A DNA stretch of 55,109 bases, the filler included, from Sphacelaria rigidula (taxonomy: Eukaryota): NCBI GenBank assembly GCA_964200075.2. It is 3 parts of 3 records of this genome, joined end to end, with 100 filler letters (N's around TTAATTAATTAA, not from the genome) between each part and the next. Parts side by side here need not be neighbours in the genome. Positions count along the whole stretch, not along the records: positions 18,405 to 36,708 come from CAXNAA020000881.1; 2 more parts are not named here. One strand, given 5' to 3'. Shown one piece after another: positions 24,370 to 36,808 of this stretch (within the stretch, counting starts at the first letter, position 1; each line of letters begins with the position of its first letter). The translations under genes and the position numbers were made by a program. The notes below the pieces were generated by a model. It saw only the letters and a list, made by a program, of their open reading frames with translations. It ran no database searches and was not told the origin of the DNA.

Positions 24370-26574
24370 CTGTATCTGTCACCACCACCGACCCCGCCAT
24401 TCAACTTTACGGCTAACCAAACTCCTGTGCCGGTAGACGCCGGCGAATCATCCGAATACCGTGACGTCGACGTGGATGCGGGAGGGGTGAGTAGCGGTGG
24501 CGACGGCAATCTTCTGACTCATCGACGGCGGTATTTCACGCGAGGTCGGCAGCTTACGGGCGTCAGCCGGGAATGTCGAGCATTCTGCATAATACCCGCA
24601 CAGACACATGGTACACCAGCACGCACAAATGGTGGAATGAGCATGAAAGCAAAGTGGACAAGCGGACGGCAGTAGACGAGGGAAAAGACATAACACACAC
24701 GCGCACATACACACGACGGAGCGCGAAAAACGTAGTCAAAAGACTTTGGGTGACCGAACCGTTACGGAAATGAAAAATGGCACCCACGTGTCATGATCGA
24801 CAATAACAGCAGCGTCAGCACAAGAAAAGAAATTCCAGGACGAACAAAGAAAACACGGGGAAACGGGGCGGAAGATGGCTGCCCGTGTGGAGGGTACATT
24901 TTCCATCATCTTTTCCCCGCGTCATACGCCATCATACGTTCAACCCCCAAGGTCTCGCCCATCTCCGTCAGGACGAGTCCGTCGCCTCGGGGGACCAACC
25001 AAGCGGTTCCGCCTCACGAATAACTAAAGAGCACTGAATCATGACCATCAACACTCCCGCAGCCCGTCGACGTTCGCCGAGTTTTGTGCTTTCGCCCACC
25101 CTCGCCCATCTCGTGGCCTCCTCCGGCGCCCCCCCCGTGGAATAGTAAAAATGATATCAACGCTGAAAACTTGATGGCATTAATCACCGCATAAGTTATA
25201 TGATGAACGAAACGCAACGCAGTCACCTCGCGCCAACGCCTCCTCCCCCGTATAGGGCGTATAGGGAACAAAATCCTGGCTGACAACGCAGCAGCCGCCG
25301 CCGCACGGGTCACTACCCCCGTCCCCAACGCTTGCAGCGTCGTCACGACGGCCGTCCGGGGTTTCTGGGCAGCTTTTCCGTCGCGCGCTTTTTCCGCCAG
25401 TCTCTCGCTTCGCCTGCTTGATTTCGTTCGTACGGGTTATTTCCTCAATCAAGTTCAAGCAATGGAATCGTATATACTTCAATGGATATCGCAGCTTGAA
25501 AAATACACCACAGTATGACCTACACTTCCCCTGATCCATCGTGTACAGCTGATGTGATAGTGGGAAAATACAATGTGAGGGCGGAATGCTTGTGCGGCGA
25601 GTTTGGGGATACTTCCTGCACACCTACATACGCCGGAAACTGCCACAAAGCCACGGAACCAAGTGTACATATGAGAAGGCGACAAGATCGTAATATATTT
25701 CTATCCTACCTAGGGGTGCGACCCCAACACGGAAACGTGTGATTTTGTACCCTTCCTAGGCAAATTCAAGTACTACACCACCAGCGACATGTGTTTCTGC
25801 CAATTGTCGCCAGCTTCATGCAAATATCTCACGTTGCTCATCATGAAAGCAACGCATACACCAGATCATCAAGGGCCATCGGGATAGCATCGGACGTGCA
25901 TGTGGCTACAGACAGTGGCTTCTTGTACCGAACCGCCCGTCACGAATGCAGACTCGTTTTACGCACACTTTGTAGAACAAAAGTGTGCTTAGGAAACGGC
26001 GAGCTAGGGGCGCCAGCGTTTGCTCGACTATTCTGCCCTGCTCTCTTCTGAGGTGAGGTACGTTTGGAATACTTTCACACGTGCTCCTCTGCGCTTTCGA
26101 TGTAGCTGGACGGCACGCATTGTTGGCGCTCTGGTGTCTGTTTCCATTGTGTCGTGGTGTCGTGGGCAAAACACGAAGATGCCTACGCGCGCCGTCACTC
26201 CCGCAGTCGATTTCTGCCGCGAACGTAGCACCTGGCCAGACGAACTCACCGAAGATCTGGATCCCTTGGGGACGCCAGGTGTTGATCACTCCGGATCAAT
26301 TTCACCGCTGACGTCCAATGCCGGTAACCGCGGCGTGTGTATAGCTGAGCAGCAGCAGCAGCTGCTGCTGCTGCTTTCTATTTGTGACTGTGACTACCGC
26401 CCCCACCGACAAGACATACCGTGTTCCATAGCTCCCAACCTATGGATCATGCAATTCGTTAGTACATCAAGCAAAGCAGCTGTTTTTCACCTCCTTCTAC
26501 TACAGCGGTCCACGTAGGATCTATCTACACGTGCAGCGCCCAAGGACTCGAAACCCTTCACACTGCTGCTATAC

Positions 26575-29500
26575 CTGAGACGGTGCTTGAACCAGCGCAG
26601 AAGCAATTCTTCTACAAGGGCCGCGGACAACTCCGCCGTCGGATGATTATCCTCGGTGCGGTGGATCAGGTCCGGGCATCGCTGACGCAACACACACAGG
26701 GTGAGGGGGAAAAGGGGGGTATCGATACACTTGCTCGTGTCGCTGTAGGACTCGTTCCCGTTTCCCGGTATGTACTCCTGCTTTTGTATACAATTCTCAC
26801 CGTTAGTTTTACGTTCGTTTCATACACCAACAACGCAGATATCACATATAATGTATAATCATCTGCTTGTCGCACAAGCGATACAGTGCTGTGATCTCAT
26901 CAACCCCACTGCCCCTGCGCCTGCGAGACAGTGATTCAGACCCCAGTTCGTTCCACAACCCTAGCACCTGCCCCTCATCCTCCAAGGGGAACTCAAGTAC
27001 TCAATCCCGAACGTACAGCATTCTTCTCCGCGAAAAAGTCAACATTAACGAATCGAGAATCAAAAACACAACACCCTCACGTACTGAACGAAGAAATGCA
27101 AAACTCACCGCCGCTCCAGCCCTGCCGTCGAGCCCAGACACCGTGATGTGGCCGGCCTTCGCTTTTGCCCCACCAGCAGCCAAGGCACCCGCCCCAATCT
27201 CGGTCAGCATCAACATTTTCGTTGGTACTCCTCTTTGTCAGGCTTGGCGTTCTTCGGCCCGTAGATGAGCCGGGTAAAGTCCCCGATGGACTGCATGTCG
27301 TGATTGGAAGGAGGCGAGATGAGCACCGCGCGGGGGGTGGCTTGCTTCTTCCGGGCGATGTACGTGGCGACCTGTTGTACGACAGTTCAGCGTACGAGAA
27401 GCAGCGCGGTGCTACTTTTATTTCGAAAAAGAAGACTAGCAATCTAGGTATAAGAGCGAGCTGAAAGAAACATGTACAGTAGTGGGCGGCCTAGGTGTTC
27501 AGGTTGTGGTTTGGGGTTTTCCTCGCGTGCTACTCTTCGATAAAACTGGAAATTGCTATTATAGTGTTGGTAGATTTTGGTGCAATGAACAGATCGTAGT
27601 CAAAAACAGTGCCACCCGTCCATACCACGCGAACATGGGGAAGTACTGCACACACGTCGCAGCTGACCGAAGCGATCATGCAGGCTTCCAACGCATTCCA
27701 CGGACAAAGACGGAAACACGGCTATCATAGAAAACTATCCCGAGGCAAACGCCCCTCACCTCAGAGCCGGGCAGCTTGTCACCCCCTCCCGGCTTGGCGC
27801 CCTCTGCCATCTTAGTCCGGATCTGGTCCGAGTTGGTCAGGCAGTTCGGGGTCAAATCGCACCGTCCTGACGTCACCTAAAAAGTAGTTTTCATGGACGG
27901 AAAGAGCACAAAAGAGCATGGAGGTGCCTGAAAGACATGCACAGTACATTGAAAAGTTCAAGTGGTGGGTGGTGGGTAACACAAGCAAAGCAAAGAAAAT
28001 TGTACCGTACTTTCTCTTCCAGACCCCCCAACCAGTGCTTCGGTCATGCGTGTGGACCACCTACTCCTCGCACAAGCCATGTAGTGCGACGACTTGCCCT
28101 ACCCCGCGCCCGCATGTCACCGCATGGCAGCGCTTTAGACCCTCCTTCGTTCCACCACTCTCGTACCTGCCCCCTCATCTTCTGAGCCTCTGAGGGAGCC
28201 AATCTCCTCATCTGCCAATGAAGTACACGACATGACTGCAAACACCAGTTGCCCAAACGTGAAATTTCCTACCCGCTTTGAGCTGACGACTGCGGTATGC
28301 TCGGGAATGGAGCATAAATCGATTTCTTGGTAAGATGGAACACAAACCACGCTATTCGGCCGGCTCATCGTATGCGAAACTACAGGTGAATACTCGTACA
28401 AGTGTTGGTGTGGAGCGTGTTGTCATCCCATCTATTCTGGACGCTGGTCTACACCTTTCGGCATAATACGTGGGCGCACCAGCCGGGGTCACACAGGAGA
28501 AAGGCCGACACGGGAATATGTTGTTTTCTTCCTTATTTCAATTCTCGACCTTCCTTCTGCAGTGCTTGTTTTATTTTTATCGCGAGAAGGATTCAGCAGT
28601 CCCTGTCCCTCGTCAAACGTCAAGTCGAATTTTGTGTACCTACGACATAGCCGCTCTCTACTGTTGAATATCGTGTGAGAAAAAAACCTGGATCGCTCCG
28701 AGATTCGAACCCACGACCCAACCGCCAGAGCGTTTTGAGGTCACCAACTGAGCCACCGGGGCGGCCGGTGGAAGCGTCTTCACGAGTGAACAGACAGATG
28801 ACTTCGGGCTCAAACGGCCTTGACTTTTGTGCTTCTTTAGGCTCCTTGAAAAACGAAAAAATACCACCTCGAAACGATTTGGGATATTCGCGGCGACCGG
28901 AGCAGGCAGGAGGCTGATCCTATCGTGTGAGGAGGGCGAAGGCCAGAGTGAGTGCTCCTCGGCATGTCCACACCTGCCCCGCGAAGTGCCTTTGCCCTAC
29001 TTCAAACGAAGTGATGAATGTACGCGGGTGTGCGTGTATGTTTTGCGTCTTTTTGCCCGCGGACAAAAAGCTATCATCCCCAACCCAGACACGGGATACA
29101 TACGAGTACGAGGTTTTCAATCACCCCGTCGTATCAATCATCGCCATACTCCACTTGTTGTATTATTATAGTTTCACAGGATTCCCGACCAACCGACCGC
29201 CGTTCTGTACTGTACTGTACTGCACTACACCTCTTTTTTTCTTCTTGGCCGGTATACTACGCACTACTGAACACCAGAGAGCCACCAATCAATGGTGTGA
29301 AAACGCCGGCAGCGGAAAGCCGACAGCCGACAGGGGCAACCTCGACAGGATAGGATACACCATAACATGACACAAGCTACGCCGTTGAGATCCCACCTGT
29401 GAGGTCATCCCCACGATATATCCCGATGGGCGGGAAGAGAAGCGGTGGCGTTGGGCGTTGCGTGTGTACTCGTGGGCTCGCAGGTGGCTTGCAATTGGTT

Positions 29501-30488
29501 GCTGCTGCCTTTGGTGGCATTGCCTTCGAAGGGCTTGTTCCTGTACGGTGGCGTGTGTTCGTCGTGGACGTGATTCGACGCAAAAAGACGAAAAGAAATA
29601 AAAACACACGAGGCGCAGTGGAGCAACAAGGCAACTCCTCGCTGGGGGTGGTTCGTGCATCAACTCTGCGCGTGTGACGTTCTAGCTCATATTATCACGT
29701 GGTGGCGGAGCAATGGTCAAGTGCCGCTCCTGGTTAAGGTGTGCTGCACTGTGCTGTACTCTGTCGTGCCCCATATGAATCGTCCTCTCGTACTGTCTGT
29801 ACAGCTAGCTCGCTTGGGTATTATTTTCGAGCCGCTCGTACCTGCGCGAGCGAATGCGTGGAGTTTGCATGCCTAGCCAAAACAAACTCTAGAAACTTAC
29901 TTTATTTAGTTCGAAACACGATTTTTCGACCCAACAACCTAAGAGGAGGCCAGCCGACTGCGTGCGATTAGACGGGAGACCAACGAAGCCCAAATAGCAC
30001 GGCAATGACGACGGTCCAGAGAAGTGGGGGGTGAGGGGTGAACCCCCCCGATGAGGGGTGTCGTTATGTCATGCAGTTCTTGTCTTGATACACCTGGTCT
30101 GCTTGTACGTACGGCTGTCCCTCGAGAGGCCGCAAGATGGAACGTTGCCATTTTTAGTTCTTTAGTTCTTTGGGTGGTGGTGTTTGGGGCCTTGAGTCTC
30201 GCCCGTAGTCGGACCTTGTGTTCATTTCTACTTGTGCGTCGAGTTGGAAAACCGAGTGCCACACCCTGAAGTCCGAATGACCACCTGCGGCACCGGATCT
30301 TCTGAGGTTAGCCATATGTACTCCCTTTCTTCTGTATTATTTATTCCTGTTTTGCAAATATCGCGCTTTGTGAGTTTTGATTCTGGGCCTTTTTTATTTT
30401 TTCCTAGCCTGTGACCACGGAAGGCGTCCGCATCAGATGCCCAGTACGAATGTACCGCGCAGATATCGGAACGGTTTTCAATGTGAAG

Positions 30489-30519
<31 letters not shown>

Positions 30520-32485
30520 CCTGGTCGTCAGCAAAGCACCTGATTCGAAATCACTGGCTGCAAGGATTGCGATACCTCGAGCAGCTGCTTGCTTGTTGGC
30601 TGGAAGCGCTACTACAGTACATCCACATTCGAGGGAGAAATGATACAAGCGTTTAGCGTAAATTCTTGTCCAAACCTTTCGGGATAATTTCTCATACTCC
30701 TCTCAAGAAAATTCGACCAACCCCGCAGAACGCATCAGCCAGGTCACCAAAGGGTGACGTGAGAACACGGTTTCCAGGCAATGCAGATACTCAAGTTAGC
30801 CGTCGCTGCCTACCATGTAGTCCAACAGCTTGATTGACGGTTTGATTTTGCTTCCGTTTGTTCCGAGGGGGGGGGGGGGGGGGGGTGTGCATTTGTTTCT
30901 TTGTTTTGGTGTTTGACCTGTTTCCAATGCTTCCTTTTGGGGGGGATCGCATTTTTAGTGNNNNNNNNNNTTTTGCTGCTCCGCGTGCTCTTTTTCCCTT
31001 TGTGTTCTTGCACTGGGGAGCTATGTTAGTTGTGGGGGGGGGGGGGGGGGGGGGGGGGGGATAGGGAAGGGAAGAATATACGGAGCAGTAAATACGCAGA
31101 ATATTTAGTACCCGCGAGAGCATGGCACATGACTTTTTGCTTTCGCACGGTTTATGTGGGTGGAGATATCGCCAACTTCTTGCGGTGCGCTTGCTGCCAT
31201 GTTTATTTTCAAGTGTCTACATGTACCTTGACATTCATCTGTGCCAGCTGGTGTACCCGAAGCAGCCGCCACGACAGCCCCAGAATGCCGGCCGGTCTGC
31301 CATCAATCACATCACCGGCTCGCACGTTGACGACCCGAAGCCCCGCCGCTTCCGCCGCCGAGAGCGCCATGTTCAGGTTTTCGACGGCTTTGAACAGCCC
31401 AAGCGCCTCGGACCCCGACGGAACATTGATCGTAGAATCAGCTGCACGGGGTGAACAAGAAAATGAAAATGGCAAAAAAATAAACAAGAGGCACACAGAT
31501 ACCGAGAAAAACAAATCGAAAAATATTACTGGTGGTGGGGTAAAACGCAAACAGCATTTGTTACATGCATACAGCTTGTTGATTCCCTTCTTCACATCGA
31601 TTGCTGATCGTGCTCATCTATTGAATTGTCATGTTTTTTACGTGACCCCTGCCGCGGGACGACTCCGTGCTGTACTATCAAGGGACCACCCCATCTCTCC
31701 TCTCCTCAGCTACAGCGCCTGCCGCCAAACCAACGATCGGATATAACGTTCAGCACTTCCGCCGCCCGTCAACTTCCGTCCGTTTTCTGAATTGCTCACT
31801 CAAGTCCCCACGCTTTCGCGCAACAGAAATCAACGAGGAGACTACTGATGGTAGCGCTGTCGGGAATCGAACCCACGGAATCAGCGCAAGTCAGTGTCGA
31901 CGTTTTGAGGTACCAGTTTGACTCCCTTTCAGGGCGAGGCGAGCAAGTGCGCCTTGAATTACAGTGCAGCATTCACTGTATAGTAAATGATGCAGTATCA
32001 TACGAGTTTTAAAACCTCGTCCCTACACCACATGGAAAAGGTCCCGTGCTGCCAAAAACAAAATCGCGTGTATCTATCGAGGCATCACTCGACAACATAC
32101 AGTGTTCAGACTTCCCCGCGACAAAGCCAGACTTCGCGCGGTTGGTCGCCGCCATTCACGAGAAACCCGACGCAGGAAGGAAAACACGTGTCAAAGTGGA
32201 TAGGAGAAGTGGATAGGCGACGGGGTGGAGCATACGCCGAGTAGCGAAACCAGCAGCGGCAAAGAGGGGCTCAAGATAAAATGCGACACAGATAGCGAGC
32301 TGGTACCTACGGTAGACACTTGGATCACCTATCGAGCCGGGCAGCGTCAGACACACCAGCCGACACATGAGTATGCCATCGCGGAACTTGTCCAACAAAT
32401 CCGCGCCGGTGGGGTCCAAGGGTAGCAAGTGCCCGAGGAACTCGTCGCCATCCAGATGTTCGTTGACGTGAGACGCGAGCGCCTC
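26575..32485 (-). CDS. Fimbrin/plastin-like calponin-homology protein; exons 32329-32485, 31227-31441, 26575-26681 (partial)
   Basis: In-phase splice gives EALASHVNEHLDGDEFLGHLLPLDP...FRDGILMCRLV...PGSI..KAVENLNMALSAAEAAGLRVVNVRAGDVIDGRPAGILGLSWRLL...MNVK|RCPDLI...EELLLRWF, i.e. fimbrin CH1 and the start of CH2. Confidence 0.85.
27109..27876 (-). pseudogene. Decayed glutamate synthase (GOGAT FMN-binding domain) fragment, two exons: 27760-27876 and 27109-27371
   Basis: VTSGRCDLTPNCLTNSDQIRTKMAEGAKPGGGDKLPGSE|VATYIA...TPRAVLISPPSNHDMQSIGDFTRLIYGPKNAKP / ...EIGAGALAAGGAKAKAGHITVSGLDGRAGAA parallels the conserved VASGRFGVT...KMAQGAKPGEGG.LPG.KV...[25 protein letters not shown]...GVAKA.AD.I.ISG.DGGTGA. 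There is a frameshift near 27230 and many conserved residues are substituted. Confidence 0.88.
28402..28768 (-). mobile_element. tRNA-derived SINE, copy 2
   Basis: On the minus strand: TGGCTCAGTTGG ... GGTTCGAATCTC; same body as copy 1. Confidence 0.85.
30462..30520 (+). mobile_element. Probable 3' end of a non-LTR retroelement with a (CAA)n tail; a related end lies at 2723-2760
   Basis: atcggaa(c)gg.ttt.aatgtgaagac followed by (aac)n at both sites. Confidence 0.55.
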
Positions 32486-35400
32486 CTGGATGGTATCGAG
32501 CACCGCACGGAGAGGGCGGAACTGGAGTCGCGGCGGGTATGACATTATGCAAGTGCGTACAGTATTCATAGTCGCTCTGGCGATCTAAGTGTTGTTCTTC
32601 CGTCCCGCTTTGGGAAAAAGTAACAAATGACGACACAGTTTTGTCTAAATTTTGAAAATCACCAAAGCAACGCTCATACCCATCAGCCATCGAGGGGGGG
32701 ACATTTTACACTTGTGTGCGTTGACGAAAGGGAGCCCTTGCTGTCCTTCCTCCGTATGTGTACGTACTATTGCTGTGCCCTACCAAATATGCGGAGTAGC
32801 CCAGTCGTCTTGGTCTCAGGTGCTCGTTTCTAGGTTCAACTACCAGGCCGCCATACACCAGGTTGACATTAGATCGACCGTTGGGAATAGCTGGGAAACG
32901 ACTGCTTTGGTTCAATCGCGTATGATTGCGCAGGGGTTGGGGACCGCACAAGACTCACACGGTTTTTGTCACCTCACCACTGCCCACTGCGGACATGCCA
33001 CCGAATAACTGTGACTTATGCAGGCTGTGGTTTCAATGTTATGCTCTACTTGTACCCGAAATTCGTGTAGCGGCGTTTCCGTTCACCCTGAAAAATCTAC
33101 CTTGGGTGGTACAGCTATCCTGCGACCGCGGCTGGATCCATAGCGAACCAGTTAATGCGAGACAAGCACTCGATTAAAGCAGACGAAAAGAGAGATGCTG
33201 TCTGAGCGGTGAGACGTATTTCGCATCCCGAGAATACCCGACAAAATCGCACAAGGTTGGCGCTGGCCGAGTACCCACGCAAACGACAAGCAGTGTGCAG
33301 TGACCAGAACAAGGTACAGCTTGTGATTTCTCGTCACCTCAAGGTACCAGTGTCCAGCGAGACTGAACACGAGCAAATGAACTCCGAGCATGCACGTCTT
33401 CTCATCCAACGAAGAGTGAACCAGCGCCCCGGAAGGCGTACGAAAGTGTCCAGAATACGCAAATTGTGACCAGTACGTCACGTCCATGGGGAGTGGAGGC
33501 GAAGAAGTATATGTTTCCGTCTTGGGTAAGCTCAAGGTATACACCAGCTGTGAAGGACCACCCGCAACCGTGTAGCTACGCTAAGAACCATCCTGCCCAC
33601 TTTCTTCCGTTTTTGTAAATACAATGCGGTAGTAAAGTTGTCCGCAAGGGCGCCCGATATCGGATGGAGTCCATGTCATTTTTGCCCCGTGAAAACATTT
33701 CTGTTATGGGTCGGGATGGGGGCCGATTTGGGGTACTGTATTTCGGGAAGGTCCACCCCGATTGCTGTATGCGTGAGAACTGGATCGTTATCGGACGAAT
33801 CGTATCAATCAAAAATGCACGCGCCACTTCGAAATGACGACCACGCTCACACAAAATGTACCATTATATTGTTGTTACATTCTACAACAAACCTGTGACT
33901 GACGGTTCTGTGCGTCTGTACACGGGGTCACAACAACAGGAGGGTAGAAACTGCTGCTCGTGTTGTTGCTGTGCTCCTCTTGTTGCAGTAAGTATGTTGT
34001 TGTGCCGATCGTGCAACGCTTAGATCTCGGCAACGAAGCCGACGATGGGACTGCGGTTTCTTGCGTGCGCTCCCCACACACCCACGCTAGGTCCCCGAGT
34101 TACTTTATTGCGTTTGCGGGAGATACAAAGCCGCAACAAACCCAAATATACAAAAATAAGGTTGAAGTTACGACTTATCAAATCGGGGTTTTTGCTTTCC
34201 ACCGCACAATTTCGGTCGAAAAAGGCCCTGAGAGTGCCGTTTGCACCACTTCACTCTGAAAGCTGTTGTACCTCTTCATAGTTCATAGCGGAATGAAGAA
34301 GAACGCAAACCTTCACCACCATGATCACAGCCAGATCAAAATCAATACATCCTAACAAGCAAAGTGGGACACCCATCACAATTGCCATGCTCATCACAAA
34401 GGGCCATTCACGAAGTAGAAACGCTTGGCATCGCAATCAAAAACCTCCCTGACGCCACCATGGTATCAGCATTCGCTTGGTTTTGTTGCGTAAGAGTTCA
34501 AGTGCTCGGCGGGTACGCGACGTTGCCTTGGGTGCAGTTCCTCACTCTTGTCAGCTTCAGCTGTATGAAGACGGTGTGAACGATTCGTAGTCTACAGCGC
34601 ACAAGCAGTACTACACCTGGCTGCATTGCCATTCCGTTAGAGATCATGACTTCTTGCACCAACGTTATGGGTGCCATGTTGGAAAGTCGTCACGATGCGG
34701 CCTTGTCCTCTGTTTGAAAGTGCTGCGTACTGTTGTACTGTCCTATAACACTTCTGTACTGTACAACTGACTGCACGGTATCCCCGTACCGCGATGTACT
34801 GTCTGTTGTGGGGTTCTGCATTGCACTCTCTGTACTGCACTCGCTGTACTCTACCCTGCACAGCACTGCAGCACTACAATGCCCTGTGGTGCGCCATGGT
34901 GGATTGACGTACCGCAGGTGCAATGAAACGTAGTGTACGGTGCGTACGGTGCCGCATTGTATTGCACAGTCAATGCTGTTCTGACCTGTGCATTATAGGA
35001 CTGCACGCTGGTCGATCTCACATTTGGCGGCACAACCTGCGGCCAATCACTGCGAAAAAAATGACTCCACATCAAGCCACGTCACATCAGCTCCCGCTAT
35101 GAACTTTTTAGCGTCACCTCTGAGGTTTCAACGCTTCCACTCTGCACTTCGACTCTATGATGAGGGAAAATATCTTCCGAAACTCTCTAATATATATCGG
35201 TAGGCTTTGTATCTATCGATATTCATTGCCGCCATGCATAGATTTTGGACGCAATCCATCAATAGCGACTACCGTCATCGATAGATCTGGCACGCGGTCT
35301 ATCGATAGCCATTGCCGTCATCAATAAATTTGGAAAACTATCTATCGATGAATTTGGTCGGTCGCAACAAATTTCGGTGTAGGGCCACAACATACTGCTG

Positions 35401-36708
35401 CCCGGATAAAAGTGTGGGAACCTGGTCCATCGATATTATAGTTCGGTTTTGGGTCTGAGAATGATCCCAATAGAATATAGATATATTGGGTAAAAAAATA
35501 TCGCTTATATCTGCAATCTCGCATAAGAAATATCATATCCGGATGTTTAGACTACAGTATCTTATGCGTATCCGAGATCGCACCCGATATCCCTCCAGAT
35601 ATCTCTGGATATAGGGACGATTCGTCCAGATTATATAGATCTACTCTAATGGTGTGGTATACTTATGTTATTCATGTGTGTGTGTAACGAGTGACGAGTT
35701 ACGTGTATCATCAGTGAGCTGCATACACTTATCCACGTGCCCGGCATACTGCATAGAGGCACACACGACAGCGCTAGAGGGACGACGCGCGTGTTGCTCT
35801 TATTTCTTTACTCCTGTACTTATGCTTGTTGCCGCCTACCGCGCCACATAGTCGTTTCTCTCACGGTAACCGAGAAGCCTGTCAAACCGCGATTTAAATC
35901 CATGCGTCTACCTGCAACCCTCCCATTGTCTCCGTGCTGCCATCCCGACTAACGTCCAAACCCCCACCACCTGGCAACACGCTGCAAACATTTTGTCACA
36001 AATCCAGTCATCTCCACTCTCCGCACCACAAACGACTGAGAACTAGGCGGGCGTACATCTTCTATAAACTACCACTGCTTCATTACTGCATCCTACTATA
36101 AAACCAATGTCATAGCGCAAGCACAAGAGAACCAAACAAAATTCGCTTGGATAATGTGATACCTTAGTTTACCGCCAAGGAAGAAGTGTGCCTCGCACAT
36201 CGTATACCACAACCTGAAAAACGCTTGACAACTCAAAATGTGACTGAATTAGCAAATACGAACTACCACATGTGCTGGTTGAAGTGTAGGGAAATGAGGT
36301 TTTCGGCGTTGTCTACGGCCAGCATCTTGCGCTTGGCAGCGAGGGTTAGCCCCGCAACCGAAAACAGGCATTCCCTGTTAGTGAGGGTTAGCCCCGCACC
36401 AGGGATCTGGGGTCTGGAGAAAACATAATAAGGCGTATTCTGGTATTTAAGAAGACATATCGCGTGACATCCGCGTCTATATCCGACATATATTGGGCAT
36501 ACCGGATATATTTGGGCAATATATATCATATCTGGAATATCTGGGAGAATATGCGGATATATTGGGTAATTGTGGGGGATATTTCTCGCATATGACTGGC
36601 CAAAAAATCTTCAAGTTAGGGCCCAAAAAATACGCTCAGAAAATATAAAGGGCAATGGCCTAGAAAAGGTATACCTTCTCGTTTTTTGCCTAGGAAAGGT
36701 ACGAAAAA

Positions 36709-36808
36709 NNNNNNNNNNNNNNNNNNNNNNNNNNNNNNNNNNNNNNNNNNNNTTAATTAATTAANNNNNNNNNNNNNNNNNNNNNNNNNNNNNNNNNNNN
36801 NNNNNNNN
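36709..36808. other. Artificial assembly spacer N44-TTAATTAATTAA-N44
   Basis: Same structure as the spacer at 18305. Confidence 0.97.

Noticed and set aside
28690..28768. Functional tRNA gene (also at 22398, 42931 and 47230)
   Set aside because: A and B boxes are present but there is no clean cloverleaf, and each head continues into a shared SINE body.
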